Shown here: positions 22,079 through 32,044 of the stretch, piece after piece
Position numbering within the stretch: position 1 is the first letter of the stretch
How the letters are laid out: every line of letters starts with the position of its first letter
IMG/VR virus record: IMGVR_UViG_3300037087_000760
Location: 124,001-188,000 of that record
Reading direction: 5' to 3' (one strand)
Length of the DNA stretch: 64,000 bases
Made by a program: the position numbers and the translations under genes
Notes under the pieces: generated by a model
What the model was told of the DNA's origin: nothing
What the model saw: only the letters and a program-made list of their open reading frames with translations
Database searches by the model: none

Positions 22079-23851
22079 ATGAATAAGAACATTAAGATAT
22101 CCCTCAACCAGATTAATACCGTAACTGGTGATATCAAAGGAAATTACAGTAAAATATTGGATCTTACCCATAAGGCTATTTCTGATGGAGCGGACATCAT
22201 TGTATTTCCCGAAACATCGGTAACAGGATATTGTGTTGGTTCTCTGTGGGATAATGTAGATTTTATTTTTGAACAGGAAAATTGTATCAAAGATTTGATT
22301 AAAATTATTCCTCATGATAAAGCCCTTATCATTGGTTATATCAGTTATCATGGAGCTAAACCTGATGGTTTCCCATTACTTCGTAATAGTGTCGCTGTTA
22401 TCAATCAAAATAAATTACAGAGGTACGACAAACAACTTCTCGCCAACGCTGATCATCACGAGGATAGAAAATATTTTAAGCCGGGAAAGAAATCCAAAGT
22501 ATTTGAACTTCATTTAAAAGATGGTGAAACCTTAAAGGTAGGTGTTCCTATTTGTGAAGATGCTTGGTATATGAATCATTTCCGTAATATTCCAAAAGAA
22601 ATGATTAATTTGGGGGCCGAAATTTTGATTATTCCCAATCAATCTTATTTCTATTATGGTAAGGATTTACTCCGTGAAAAACTTTTCAGTACCATCGCTA
22701 ATGAGTATCATATTCCAGTTATCACCCTCAATTCTGTTGGAATTGGTGATATTGTAAAGAACATCATCATATATGATGGAAGTTCAATGGTATTCAACGA
22801 AAACGGTGAAAAACTAAGACATTTCAAGAAATTCGGGGAACAATCTGATATTATTGATTTATTTACCAGTAAATCTTCTTTATATCATAATGAATACTTC
22901 GAAAATTATACCACAAAACCAAAATTTGAAGAAATCATTGACGCTATCTGTTTTGAACAGAAAGAAATGTTTCGTCTGTTGGGTATAAAGAAGGCTCAGG
23001 TTCATCTTTCTGGTGGAATTGATAGTATCATAGTCGCGGTTCTTTGTATCCTCTCTATGGGGAAAGAAAACTGTGTTTTTATAACAAATCCGACTTCACT
23101 TAACACTAAAAGTCTGAAACTTGTTCATAAGATGGTTAAAACTCTTGGAGTTGACTTATACACCGATGAATTAGATGAAATTGTTAACGCTCTCAAAAAG
23201 GCTGATACCAAAGCATTCGGAGAAACCACATCCAAAATTCAGGGTGAAATTGAAACAGTGTTTCACGCCGTTGGTAGGACAGTTCAGGGATTAGCGGCCA
23301 CTCATCGTTTCGGTAGTGGTATAGTCGCCACAGGTAATCATACAGAAATCGTTCTTGGTTGGTGTAACTTTCATGACATTGGTTCAATTGGAGTACATTC
23401 AATCATTGGTGATTTAACCAAATTGGAACTCTATCAATTATCTCAGGTATTGAATGATAAATGTCGTGAGATGTACAATGGTGAGAATGTTATTCCTGAG
23501 GAATTGTTTAATGGAAAAGTTCTCCCCGCAGCTGATTTACCAGATAGTAAACTTGACCCATTTGATTATTACATTCAGTCTGGATTATGTGCCGCTTACA
23601 TTCGTGAAAGAAAATCCAGAAATCAGTTGATCGAAGATTTTAAAAATCACAGATTGAATCCTGATTTCTTTCCCTCAAATGTATATGAGAAATATACTAT
23701 GGAACAGTTTATCAAGGAAGTTGAAATCACAATGTCAAGAAGTAGAACTTCCGTATTCAAGGCCGCACAGCATGCACCTATTGTGATATTAAGTCCTCGT
23801 AGTAGGGGGTTCTCAAATCGTGAAACCATTTTGAACAAATATATATCATGA
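22079..23851 (+). CDS. nadE: Glutamine-dependent NAD+ synthetase
   Basis: Nitrilase domain (FPETSVTGY, YDK, ICEDAW) plus synthetase domain (LSGGIDS, TGNHTE, GDLTK). Confidence 0.92.
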   Translation: MNKNIKISLNQINTVTGDIKGNYSKILDLTHKAISDGADIIVFPETSVTGYCVGSLWDNVDFIFEQENCIKDLIKIIPHDKALIIGYISYHGAKPDGFPLLRNSVAVINQNKLQRYDKQLLANADHHEDRKYFKPGKKSKVFELHLKDGETLKVGVPICEDAWYMNHFRNIPKEMINLGAEILIIPNQSYFYYGKDLLREKLFSTIANEYHIPVITLNSVGIGDIVKNIIIYDGSSMVFNENGEKLRHFKKFGEQSDIIDLFTSKSSLYHNEYFENYTTKPKFEEIIDAICFEQKEMFRLLGIKKAQVHLSGGIDSIIVAVLCILSMGKENCVFITNPTSLNTKSLKLVHKMVKTLGVDLYTDELDEIVNALKKADTKAFGETTSKIQGEIETVFHAVGRTVQGLAATHRFGSGIVATGNHTEIVLGWCNFHDIGSIGVHSIIGDLTKLELYQLSQVLNDKCREMYNGENVIPEELFNGKVLPAADLPDSKLDPFDYYIQSGLCAAYIRERKSRNQLIEDFKNHRLNPDFFPSNVYEKYTMEQFIKEVEITMSRSRTSVFKAAQHAPIVILSPRSRGFSNRETILNKYIS

Positions 23852-24120
23852 ATAAAAAAATTGAAATATTCGATGAACTTATTGAATTAACTCAAAATGA
23901 GATTGATAAAATTCAGAAAGATATATACAAAATAGAAGATAAGAATCTTTCAAAAAAATCCAAAAGATATTTTATATCCAATTTAGAAAAGCAAATTAAA
24001 AAATTGGAGAGAAATATAAAGAACATCGAAGAAATAAAAAAGGACTTAAAAGATTATTATAAACTGAAAAAGAAAAACAAAAAGAATATTTAATTATATA
24101 ATCTAAAAAGAAACTCTGAT

Positions 24121-24843
24121 ATGAACTTAGAATTTACAGAAATCGACAATGTGATAATTGTACCCGAATGTACAGCATCAATGAATGTAGATCCACAAAA
24201 AGGATTTACTCCATTATGTCCTGAAGAACTTCCTGTTCCAGAAGGTGACAAAATTGTCAATGAATTGAATGGTCAAAACTCTATCACTAAATATAAACTT
24301 GTGTCTAAGGATGTTCATCCTAAAAACGCAGCTTGGATCGCTACACCAGAGAATCCCCAATTATCAGTTGTCGGACTTCCTGATGTTGATGTTCGTTGGA
24401 ACAGACATTGTGAATCTGGTACTCGTGGAATGGAACTTCTTGATGGATTACCAAAAATGACAGAATACGACTTTTTTGTTGGTAAGGGTTTCGAACCGAA
24501 TCTTCATCCATATTCAGCTTGTTATCATGATGTGGCAAAAACAATATCTACTGGTGTCATTGAATGGTTGAATCAACATAATATTTTAACGGTTATTGTT
24601 GGTGGATTGGCACTTAATGTAGAAGAAACCCCTCTTTGCGTTGGTCATACAGTAATTGATCTCGCTGAGGCTGGTTTTCAGGTCGTTCTTAATTTAGGAG
24701 CTGTTCGTGGACTTGGAACAATTGAAGGTCAGGAAAAATTTATTGAAATGTTGAAAAATAAATATAATGTATTTGTTGTTAATTCTTATAAAGATATTAG
24801 CACCAATCTTACATTTGATTTACCATATACTGGAACAGTTTAA
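24121..24843 (+). CDS. pncA: Nicotinamidase
   Basis: VDPQKGF, ELPVPEGD, KDVH, WNRHC, GKG, YSAC, GGLA...CV. Confidence 0.88.
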   Translation: MNLEFTEIDNVIIVPECTASMNVDPQKGFTPLCPEELPVPEGDKIVNELNGQNSITKYKLVSKDVHPKNAAWIATPENPQLSVVGLPDVDVRWNRHCESGTRGMELLDGLPKMTEYDFFVGKGFEPNLHPYSACYHDVAKTISTGVIEWLNQHNILTVIVGGLALNVEETPLCVGHTVIDLAEAGFQVVLNLGAVRGLGTIEGQEKFIEMLKNKYNVFVVNSYKDISTNLTFDLPYTGTV

Positions 24844-26186
24844 TATTCTGTATTATGAACTCAACTGAAAAAATAGAACAGTTACAATCTGAAATCGAGA
24901 AAGAACAACAAAAGATTAAGAATTGTAAACACACATGGGGTAAAGTGAAATATGATCCATATACAATAAAAGAACCAACTTTTTCACATTTCATTCCACA
25001 TGGTTCAGACCCAGAACCAGTTTATAACTGGTCAAATAAAACTGTTTCAAGATGGAGTAGGACTTGTACTGAATGTGGACATACTGAATATACAGAAAAA
25101 ACGGGTCCTGTTGAACCTCTAAAAAATGAACCAAAATTTTAATGTTTGATATAAATAATTTCTTAGAAGGATATGACTTTCTTCTCAATAAAATGTTTCA
25201 AATCTTCGAATTAAAAAAGAAATACTCAACAAAAGTATTACTTAATTTGGATTTGAAAGACGCCTATCTTACTTTTGATAAACATCCCAACGGTAAAATT
25301 GAAATTAATCTAAGGAATAAGCAATTCGGGGGAGCCCCTGTTTGTGGTGTATTCAATGATGAAATAGATCAGCCATTGGAGATTTTTGAAAAGAATTTAA
25401 AAGAATTTCAAGAGGATTTTCTAAAAAAGAAAAAAGAAGAAGAAGCTGATATTACCAAAAAGGGATTTACTGAATTACAGTCAATTACAATCGGATTAAA
25501 AACTTATCCACAAATTAAGATTATAAAGAGTACTGGTATAATTGATTTTAGAACCAGTAAAATGATAAAATGTTCTTGGGAAAGACCAATTGAGAAATCA
25601 ACGGCTGATAAATTATTGAAACTAAAAAAAAGAGATCTGGTTTTAACCGATGGTGATGTGAATTTTATTTGTCATAAGATAAGTAAAATCGAATTAATAA
25701 CAAATAAAACATCAGCAGGAACGAATGTTTGTTTCGGTATGACCATTGAATTTAAAAATGGAGAAAGGAAATGATGTATGGACAACAGGAGAGAAATATT
25801 AGAACAGAGGATTGAAGAACTTAAAAAGAAAAGAGGGGTTGATTGGGTAAGTCCTTATGATCCTGAACTTGGATTTGTAACAGAAGCTGATGAAATTAGA
25901 AAAATTGTTTTAAATGCTCATAAAACAGGTGATACTTCCGAATTGAATAAAATTCATCCAGATAGAGATTTTGTGGGATTATATCCTGAGGAAATGAAAA
26001 CTTATGATAAGGATGGTAAAATAATTGATTTAAAAGATCTTCTCAAAAAAGATCCTTTCTTAGCTATACTTCTTAAAGATAGAAAAAGACTTAAAGAAAA
26101 ATTAATAGAGGATGAACAACAAATAGAAAAATTACAAAAAGAACTGAACGATCTCAAAGAACAGTTAAAAAAACAATAAACGAAAT

Positions 26187-26858
26187 ATGGACGAATTCAC
26201 AAAATATGCTACCCGACATATGGGTATTAACAGTTTAACACTGGATAAATATAAATCAATAGCCTCAAATTACATTTCACCAACTATTATTGAAGAAAGA
26301 CAACTCAATGTTGTTACGATGGATGTGTTTTCACGATTGATGATGGATAGAATTATTTTTTTGGGTGTTCCCATTGATGATTATGTTGCTAATATCATTC
26401 AAGCACAATTATTATTCTTAGAATCGGTTGATAGTGGTAAAGATATTCAAATTTATCTTAACAGTCCGGGTGGATCTGTTTACGCTGGACTTGGTATCTA
26501 CGATACAATGCAATATATCAACTCAGAGGTTGCTACTATTTGTACAGGTATGGCCGCCTCAATGGCCGCCATTCTTTTATGTGCCGGAACAAATGGTAAG
26601 AGAACTGCTTTACAACATTCTCGTATTTTGATCCATCAACCTATGGGAATGGCTGAAGGTCAAGCATCAGATATGGAGATCACAGTTAAAGAAATTAATA
26701 AACTCAAAAAAGAGTTATACGAAATCATAGCTTTACATTCTGGTCAGACTTTTAAAAAAGTGGAGAAAGATTCGGATCGTGATTATTGGATGACTTCAAT
26801 CGAAGCTAAGAATTATGGTATTATTGATGAAATCCTTGAGAAGAAAATAGTCGGATAA
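26187..26858 (+). CDS. clpP: ATP-dependent Clp protease proteolytic subunit
   Basis: DVFSRLMMDRIIFLG, NSPGG, AASM, IHQP, DRDYW; Bacteroidota-like N-terminus ISPTIIEERQLNV. Confidence 0.97.
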   Translation: MDEFTKYATRHMGINSLTLDKYKSIASNYISPTIIEERQLNVVTMDVFSRLMMDRIIFLGVPIDDYVANIIQAQLLFLESVDSGKDIQIYLNSPGGSVYAGLGIYDTMQYINSEVATICTGMAASMAAILLCAGTNGKRTALQHSRILIHQPMGMAEGQASDMEITVKEINKLKKELYEIIALHSGQTFKKVEKDSDRDYWMTSIEAKNYGIIDEILEKKIVG

Positions 26859-27844
26859 TTTTTTTATTCAATAATATTTCTTATATTTGAGGAAATAAGA
26901 AAATTATGAAGATAAGAATTCAAGTGATTGAAAATAGTAATGAGTCACTATCAATATCCTATACTTTACAGAAACTAACCTTAGTTGGTTGGGTTAATTT
27001 ACAATTATCTGATGTCTGGAAAGAAAAACTTCCCTATTTAGATGGAATTTCACCCATCCGATTCTTCGGAAAGGCCGGGAGTAGTTGTACTGATTCAGAA
27101 AAAGCTAAAACAGTCAAGACTTTTTTGAATAAATCCAAATATCTTGATGATTCTATGTACGAACTAATTTTTGGTTATAAACCTATACATAAGAAAGTTA
27201 GTTATCTCTATTAAGATGAAAAAAGAACCAATTCTTATTACAGAAGATGGTGTACCATACTATGATGAAAATAAGTTGGTCTGGGATACACATGATTTTT
27301 CCTCTGGTGATCCTGCTATAATAGTTAATCCTACATTTTTAGATCAAACACCTGTAAAATATGCTAAAAATATTGATCGAATGTTTTTTCATAGTAAGAA
27401 AAAAGCATTGGAATATATGAAAGATAACATAAGATTTTTAGCTTTGACTGACATTGATAAACTATCAAATGGTATTAATGAAGGAAATATAATTATCAAT
27501 AGAAAAGATTTAATAAAATTACTCAGAAAAAGAATAAACGATGAAAACTGTTAGTATACCAGCTAATGTTCATTTACCCAAGGTCGAAGTCGAAATCGAT
27601 CCACTTGATGTCTTAAAAGAATTAGAGGAAGAATTTTTAGATAAATATGGATGGATTGAAAAAAAAGGAAAGAAATATTTTTTAATGTATCCAGAACTCA
27701 GCTTTGATGAAAAGAGTTATCAAGTACGTCAAGTATCTACGAATGAAGTGAAATTTATTGATGCTATTCATACGATGCAAACTTTTTTACAAGAAAAAAA
27801 TAAGAAATCAAAATCAAAACCAAAATCTTAACAAAAAACTCACA

Positions 27845-29890
27845 ATGAAAAAACTCGCAATTATTTTTATGTCATTACTATTTGTAGTAATGGTTGGTTA
27901 TTCTCAGAAATTCAATCCTGATTCGGGATACAGATTAACAAAGGATACCTTACAATTAAATGAGGTTACTATCAGTTCCTTTCTTCCATACCAAGCAACA
28001 ACCTTGATGCCAATCACTTTTAAGAATTTATATAAAGCTGATTTGGGATTGAAAAATTATGGTCAAGAACCAAGTAGGATTTTAAATACCACTCCATCTA
28101 TAACCACTTATTCGGAATCAGGTGGTGATTGGGGTTATTCTTATATAAGATTAAGAGGTATTGATCAAACCAGAATAAACACCACTCTTAATGGTGTTCC
28201 AATGAATGAACCAGAGGATCAAGGATGTTATTTCTCAAATTATCCTGATTTTCTTCAGTCTGTTGATATGTTACAAATACAGAGAGGAACAGGAATGACT
28301 AAAAATGGGTCAGCCAGTTATGTTGGAAGTATGAATTTCGAATCATATAAACCATCTACATCAAGTGTAGGGGCCTTTTTCGGAGCTGGATCATTCGGAT
28401 CAACCAAAATTTCAATGAATACTGAACAAAATTGGAAAAAAGGTGGGTTATATGCTTCATTTTCTGACCTTGAAACAAAAGGTTATAAATATCATTCTGG
28501 TAATCATTCCAGAAGTGCTTTTCTTGTGGGAAATTATACAACTGGAAGAAATCAATTTAAATTTGTTGGTTTTGCTGGTGAACAAATGAACCAATTAGCT
28601 TGGTTGGGTGTTCCAATAGATAGTATCAATTTAGACCGTAGATATAACACTTGTACCACTCGTGAAAATGATCATTTTAATCAATATCATTTGCAATTTC
28701 ATCACACCTATATTATAGATAATAAATCCAGATTTAATTATTGTGTCTATTATAATTATTTGAATGGTTTCTATACTTATGATGGAATTCATAATGGAAC
28801 ATGGGATACTATATCATCTGGTAAATATAATTTATATGCATATCATCTTTATTCTAACTTCTTAGGTACTAATGTAAACTATTATATTAAACTTGGACCA
28901 TTGGATTTTTATACAGGGGTTAATGGTTCTAAGTATGATAGGGAACATCATGGAACAACAAATGATATCTATACTTACAAAAATACAGGATTCAGAGATG
29001 ATTTAAGTGGATTTGTTAAAGGTATTTTAAACGCTGGAAGTTTCAATTTTTATGGTGATGTTCAATATCGTTATACTACTTTTGTTTATAATGGTGATGT
29101 TTATCTACAACATTTTATTTGGAATTTTCTGAATTATAGTGTTGGTGTTGAATATAAAGCCAAACACAACATCCTTTATTATTCCATTGGTAAAACACAT
29201 CGAGAACCTATTCGTAATGATATGTTTGGTGGTTATGATAATCTATCGTCTGATCCTCTTGGAAAAGCTGTTTTTTATGATTTAAAACCAGAATCAGTAT
29301 TGGATCAGGAATTTGGCTATCGTTATATCATAGGAAATTTAAATTTGAACATCAATCTATATTATATGTTATTCAAAGATGAATTAGTATTAACGGGAGC
29401 TTACGGGCCAACAGGATTACCACTTCATGAAAATGTAGATAACAGTTTCAGGTCAGGATTTGAATTCGATTTTAAATACAGATGGAAATTTGGATTAACA
29501 TTACTTCAAAATGTATCCTATAATTATAGTAAAATAACATGGACAAATAAACAAACAACTCCTGTCTTAACACCAGAATGGCTATCAAATACTGAAGTAA
29601 ATTATAATTACAAATGGTTTATAATCGGTTTGAGTGGTAGGTATCAAAGTTGGTCTTATATTGATCAAAGAAACAACTTCACCATTCCAAGTTTTTATAC
29701 ACTGAATGCTATGATTGGATTAAAATGGTCATGGGGAGAATGGGATATTTATTTGAATAACATAACTGATCAAAAAACTTTATCGAGTGGTATGGTTTCT
29801 GGTGATGGGACTCCTTATAATCAATTTATTCCTCTGTATTATGTGAATGCACCATTTAATTTCTTTACTGGACTTAAATTTAAAATGTAA
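27845..29890 (+). CDS. TonB-dependent outer-membrane receptor (vitamin-uptake type)
   Basis: Signal peptide ending SQ; plug IRLRGIDQTRINTTLNGVPMNEPE, LQIQRG; aromatic beta-barrel ending GLKFKM. Confidence 0.9.
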   Translation: MKKLAIIFMSLLFVVMVGYSQKFNPDSGYRLTKDTLQLNEVTISSFLPYQATTLMPITFKNLYKADLGLKNYGQEPSRILNTTPSITTYSESGGDWGYSYIRLRGIDQTRINTTLNGVPMNEPEDQGCYFSNYPDFLQSVDMLQIQRGTGMTKNGSASYVGSMNFESYKPSTSSVGAFFGAGSFGSTKISMNTEQNWKKGGLYASFSDLETKGYKYHSGNHSRSAFLVGNYTTGRNQFKFVGFAGEQMNQLAWLGVPIDSINLDRRYNTCTTRENDHFNQYHLQFHHTYIIDNKSRFNYCVYYNYLNGFYTYDGIHNGTWDTISSGKYNLYAYHLYSNFLGTNVNYYIKLGPLDFYTGVNGSKYDREHHGTTNDIYTYKNTGFRDDLSGFVKGILNAGSFNFYGDVQYRYTTFVYNGDVYLQHFIWNFLNYSVGVEYKAKHNILYYSIGKTHREPIRNDMFGGYDNLSSDPLGKAVFYDLKPESVLDQEFGYRYIIGNLNLNINLYYMLFKDELVLTGAYGPTGLPLHENVDNSFRSGFEFDFKYRWKFGLTLLQNVSYNYSKITWTNKQTTPVLTPEWLSNTEVNYNYKWFIIGLSGRYQSWSYIDQRNNFTIPSFYTLNAMIGLKWSWGEWDIYLNNITDQKTLSSGMVSGDGTPYNQFIPLYYVNAPFNFFTGLKFKM

Positions 29891-30408
29891 TGAAAACGGA
29901 AGAAGCCATTAAAATTATAAAGTTAAATGAAAGAAAACCGAGATTCACCAAGAAAGGTGGTTTTATGGTTTCTTTTGAGAAAAAAGAGGGTCATATTTTA
30001 GCATCTCATCATTTTCCTGATAAACATACTGGTGAACCATTGATTCGAACTGAGGAAGAAGCTTGGAATTTAGCTAAAAGATTTGCCACATCTACTGATG
30101 ATTCATATGTAAATATATATGTAACCGATAGTGAATGGCGTCCAGTAAAAGGATATTACGAAAAAACAATCAGGAGATATTAATGATGGAGAAAACATGG
30201 AAAGATCTCAACGAAGATCAAAAAATAAAATACAAAGAATATTGTGATAACAAATATGGTAAAACCGTTGTATTTTGTGAAACAGGTGAGCCTTTGTATT
30301 TTGATGAAAATATAAATTTAAGAATGTCATGGGTCGTTATCGAATTACTCTTTGGTAATTTAGAACCATTATTTTAATTGAAACTTCGTTCTAAAAATAT
30401 ATATAATT

Positions 30409-30492
30409 GGCTGGGTGGCGGAACTGGTAGACGCGCGGGACTTAAAATCCCGTTCCTGTATGGGAGTGTGGGTTCAATTCCCATCCCGGCTA
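30409..30492 (+). tRNA. tRNA-Leu(TAA), long variable arm
   Basis: Full cloverleaf, loop CT-TAA-AA. Confidence 0.93.
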
Positions 30493-30493
30493 C

Positions 30494-30604
30494 AATCTCT
30501 GACATGGCACCCACTCTAAGGGACCAATACGAAAAGTTTGGGAGCTATCTGGAACAAGGCCGGAAGGCAGAAGGGATGGTAGTGGGGAGCCTAAATCAGA
30601 GATT
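30494..30604 (+). ncRNA. Structured ~111-nt RNA with SRP helix-8-like GCC-GGAA-GGC hairpin
   Basis: 9-bp terminal stem AATCTCTGA/TCAGAGATT; CCCACT/AGTGGG; GCTATC/GATGGT; CAAG-GCC-GGAA-GGC-AGAA. Confidence 0.4.
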
Positions 30605-30669
30605 TTTTAAATATTTTTATCAAATAATTTTTTTTATTCAGAAATTTGACATAATTTTGTAGTCCCTTG

Positions 30670-31072
30670 TTTGATAAAGAGTGTGAGTCAAAGGAAACAA
30701 TAAAGATTTTTAAGTCTTGAGTTCCGGCTGTAAAGGTAGCATACTCTTGTTCTTTGATTTAATGATGAAAAAGTTAGTTCTCGAAGATTAACGGCACCAG
30801 AAAGGTGTACGACACTCGTTGAGAGTGTACGATACTAAGAGGTGTATCAGAATCTTTGAAACGGGTATAAACCCGTTTGGGGAGGCGAGCAGCCGAACCA
30901 AATACAAACTCATATAACTCCGGCCCGCAAGTCGGATGAAAATTGAGTATTCAGTTTTGCGGAACTGTTGGGATAGCTAACATAAATTTATTTGTTGTGG
31001 TGATAAGTCCAAATCGATATGATTTAGTTCAGGAAGTATCGGACTAATTTGGTGAAAAACAAACACAACAAC
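30670..31072 (+). ncRNA. Candidate large ornate ncRNA
   Basis: No ORF of 60 aa or more, GC-elevated, dense hairpins (AAACGGGT/ACCCGTTT, ACACTC/GAGTGT, TGTTGTG/CACAACA), crossing helices at the 5' end. Confidence 0.5.
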
Positions 31073-31074
31073 AC

Positions 31075-31136
31075 GGACAGGTAGCTTAAGAGAGAGCCGT
31101 ATCAACGAGACGGTGGTTTAAACCCACCTCTGTCCA
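31075..31136 (+). ncRNA. 62-nt tRNA-like element lacking a normal anticodon arm
   Basis: Acceptor GGACAGG/TCTGTCC+A, D stem GCT/AGC, T arm GGTGG-TTTAAAC-CCACC; only 14 nt between D and T arms. Confidence 0.6.
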
Positions 31137-31309
31137 CAATATAAAGGGTGCAAAACTTGTTTTAACAATGTTTTTCGGGACGGTTTAGTTAAATCGGTTA
31201 TTCTTAACCAGCCCTTCTTAGAAAATTAGAAGAATCTGATACCCGATGGTGTATAGGATACCCGAAGTACAAGGGATGATCGGTGGCAACACAATCAACT
31301 TCTTTTAAC

Positions 31310-31441
31310 GAGTGTATTAGTGTAACGAAAGCACAGGCTGTTTGATGTTAGAGTAAGTTTTAGACGGCGGTCTTGGTCATTAGATTGACAAAACTGAAAT
31401 ATCGTAGGTCGGATGAGGGTTCAAATCCCTCATACATTCCA
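31310..31441 (+). ncRNA. ~130-nt tRNA-like element with expanded anticodon and variable regions
   Basis: GAGTGTAT/ATACATTC acceptor, D stem GTG/CAC, T arm GAGGG-TTCAAAT-CCCTC, GCTGTTT/AGACGGC stem closing an oversized loop. Confidence 0.55.
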
Positions 31442-31713
31442 AAAGGTGATGTGATGGAATAGTTTTTTCCATCCTGTTTTAAGGAGAGAACATTTGAGGA
31501 TAAAGCGAGCCTACATCACAAACAGGATCACCAAATAAGGTGAGGGAAACAAAGTAGAGTACCTTTTCTTCGGATTGAGGCCTTCGGGCCGAGGGAAATG
31601 ACCTGTTCTCCCTCAACTTTTTTAAAAAACGAAATTAAATTAAACTTTTTGAAAAAAAAGTTCTAAAATAGAAAAAAGAGACTTTATAAGTTAAATATAT
31701 AATAAAAAAACAT

Positions 31714-31784
31714 ATCCAGTAGGAACGTAAGTTCCGTTTTGGGACGCTCAGCGACCCAGAGGGGAAAACTCCCCGCAACTGGAT
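31714..31784 (+). promoter_or_regulatory. Four-way-junction RNA at the 5' end of the rplL-tRNA transcript
   Basis: ATCCAGT/ACTGGAT enclosing GGAAC-GTAA-GTTCC, TGGG..CCCA and GGGG..CCCC hairpins. Confidence 0.5.
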
Positions 31785-31888
31785 AAACTTTTTGAAATGA
31801 TTATGACACAGAACATCCAAAATATGATTATTAATCAGATACCCGGTAAAAATACCGATTGGATGAACTTTGTCTATAACGAATATAG

Positions 31889-31921
31889 AAAAAACCCAAT
31901 CGGAAACGATTGGGTTTTTTT
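31889..31921 (+). terminator. Intrinsic terminator of the attenuator
   Basis: ACCCAATCG-GAAA-CGATTGGGT followed by a T-run. Confidence 0.9.
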
Positions 31922-31952
31922 GTTTTATATGTCCACCATAGTTTTTAACTGG

Positions 31953-31965
31953 TGTTCTTTGAAAT
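31953..31965 (+). promoter_or_regulatory. boxA-like antitermination site
   Basis: TGTTCTTTGAAAT; copies at 32414-32426 (+) and 45905-45917 (-). Confidence 0.6.
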
Positions 31966-32044
31966 AATGATAAATCATATTCGGATTATAAGTTCAAAAC
32001 TGATAATCTGAACATAAAATGTAAATAAAAATAAATTAGAAACT

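Larger units (their letters stand above)
31797..31967 (+). promoter_or_regulatory. Attenuator leader ORF (MIMTQNIQNMIINQI...) for the Met/Ile/Asn/Gln tRNA operon
   Basis: 14 of first 15 codons are M/I/N/Q; CATCCAA(31814-20):TTGGATG(31859-65); CCGATTGG(31855-62):CCAATCGG(31896-903); terminator 31889-31921. Confidence 0.8.

Noticed and set aside
30378-30662. 94-aa ORF in the track
   Set aside because: Shadow translation of tRNA-Leu and the following structured RNA.
31714-31784. SAM-I riboswitch
   Set aside because: It begins AUCCAG and contains GCAAC, but lacks the P2 kink-turn/pseudoknot and P3 pattern.
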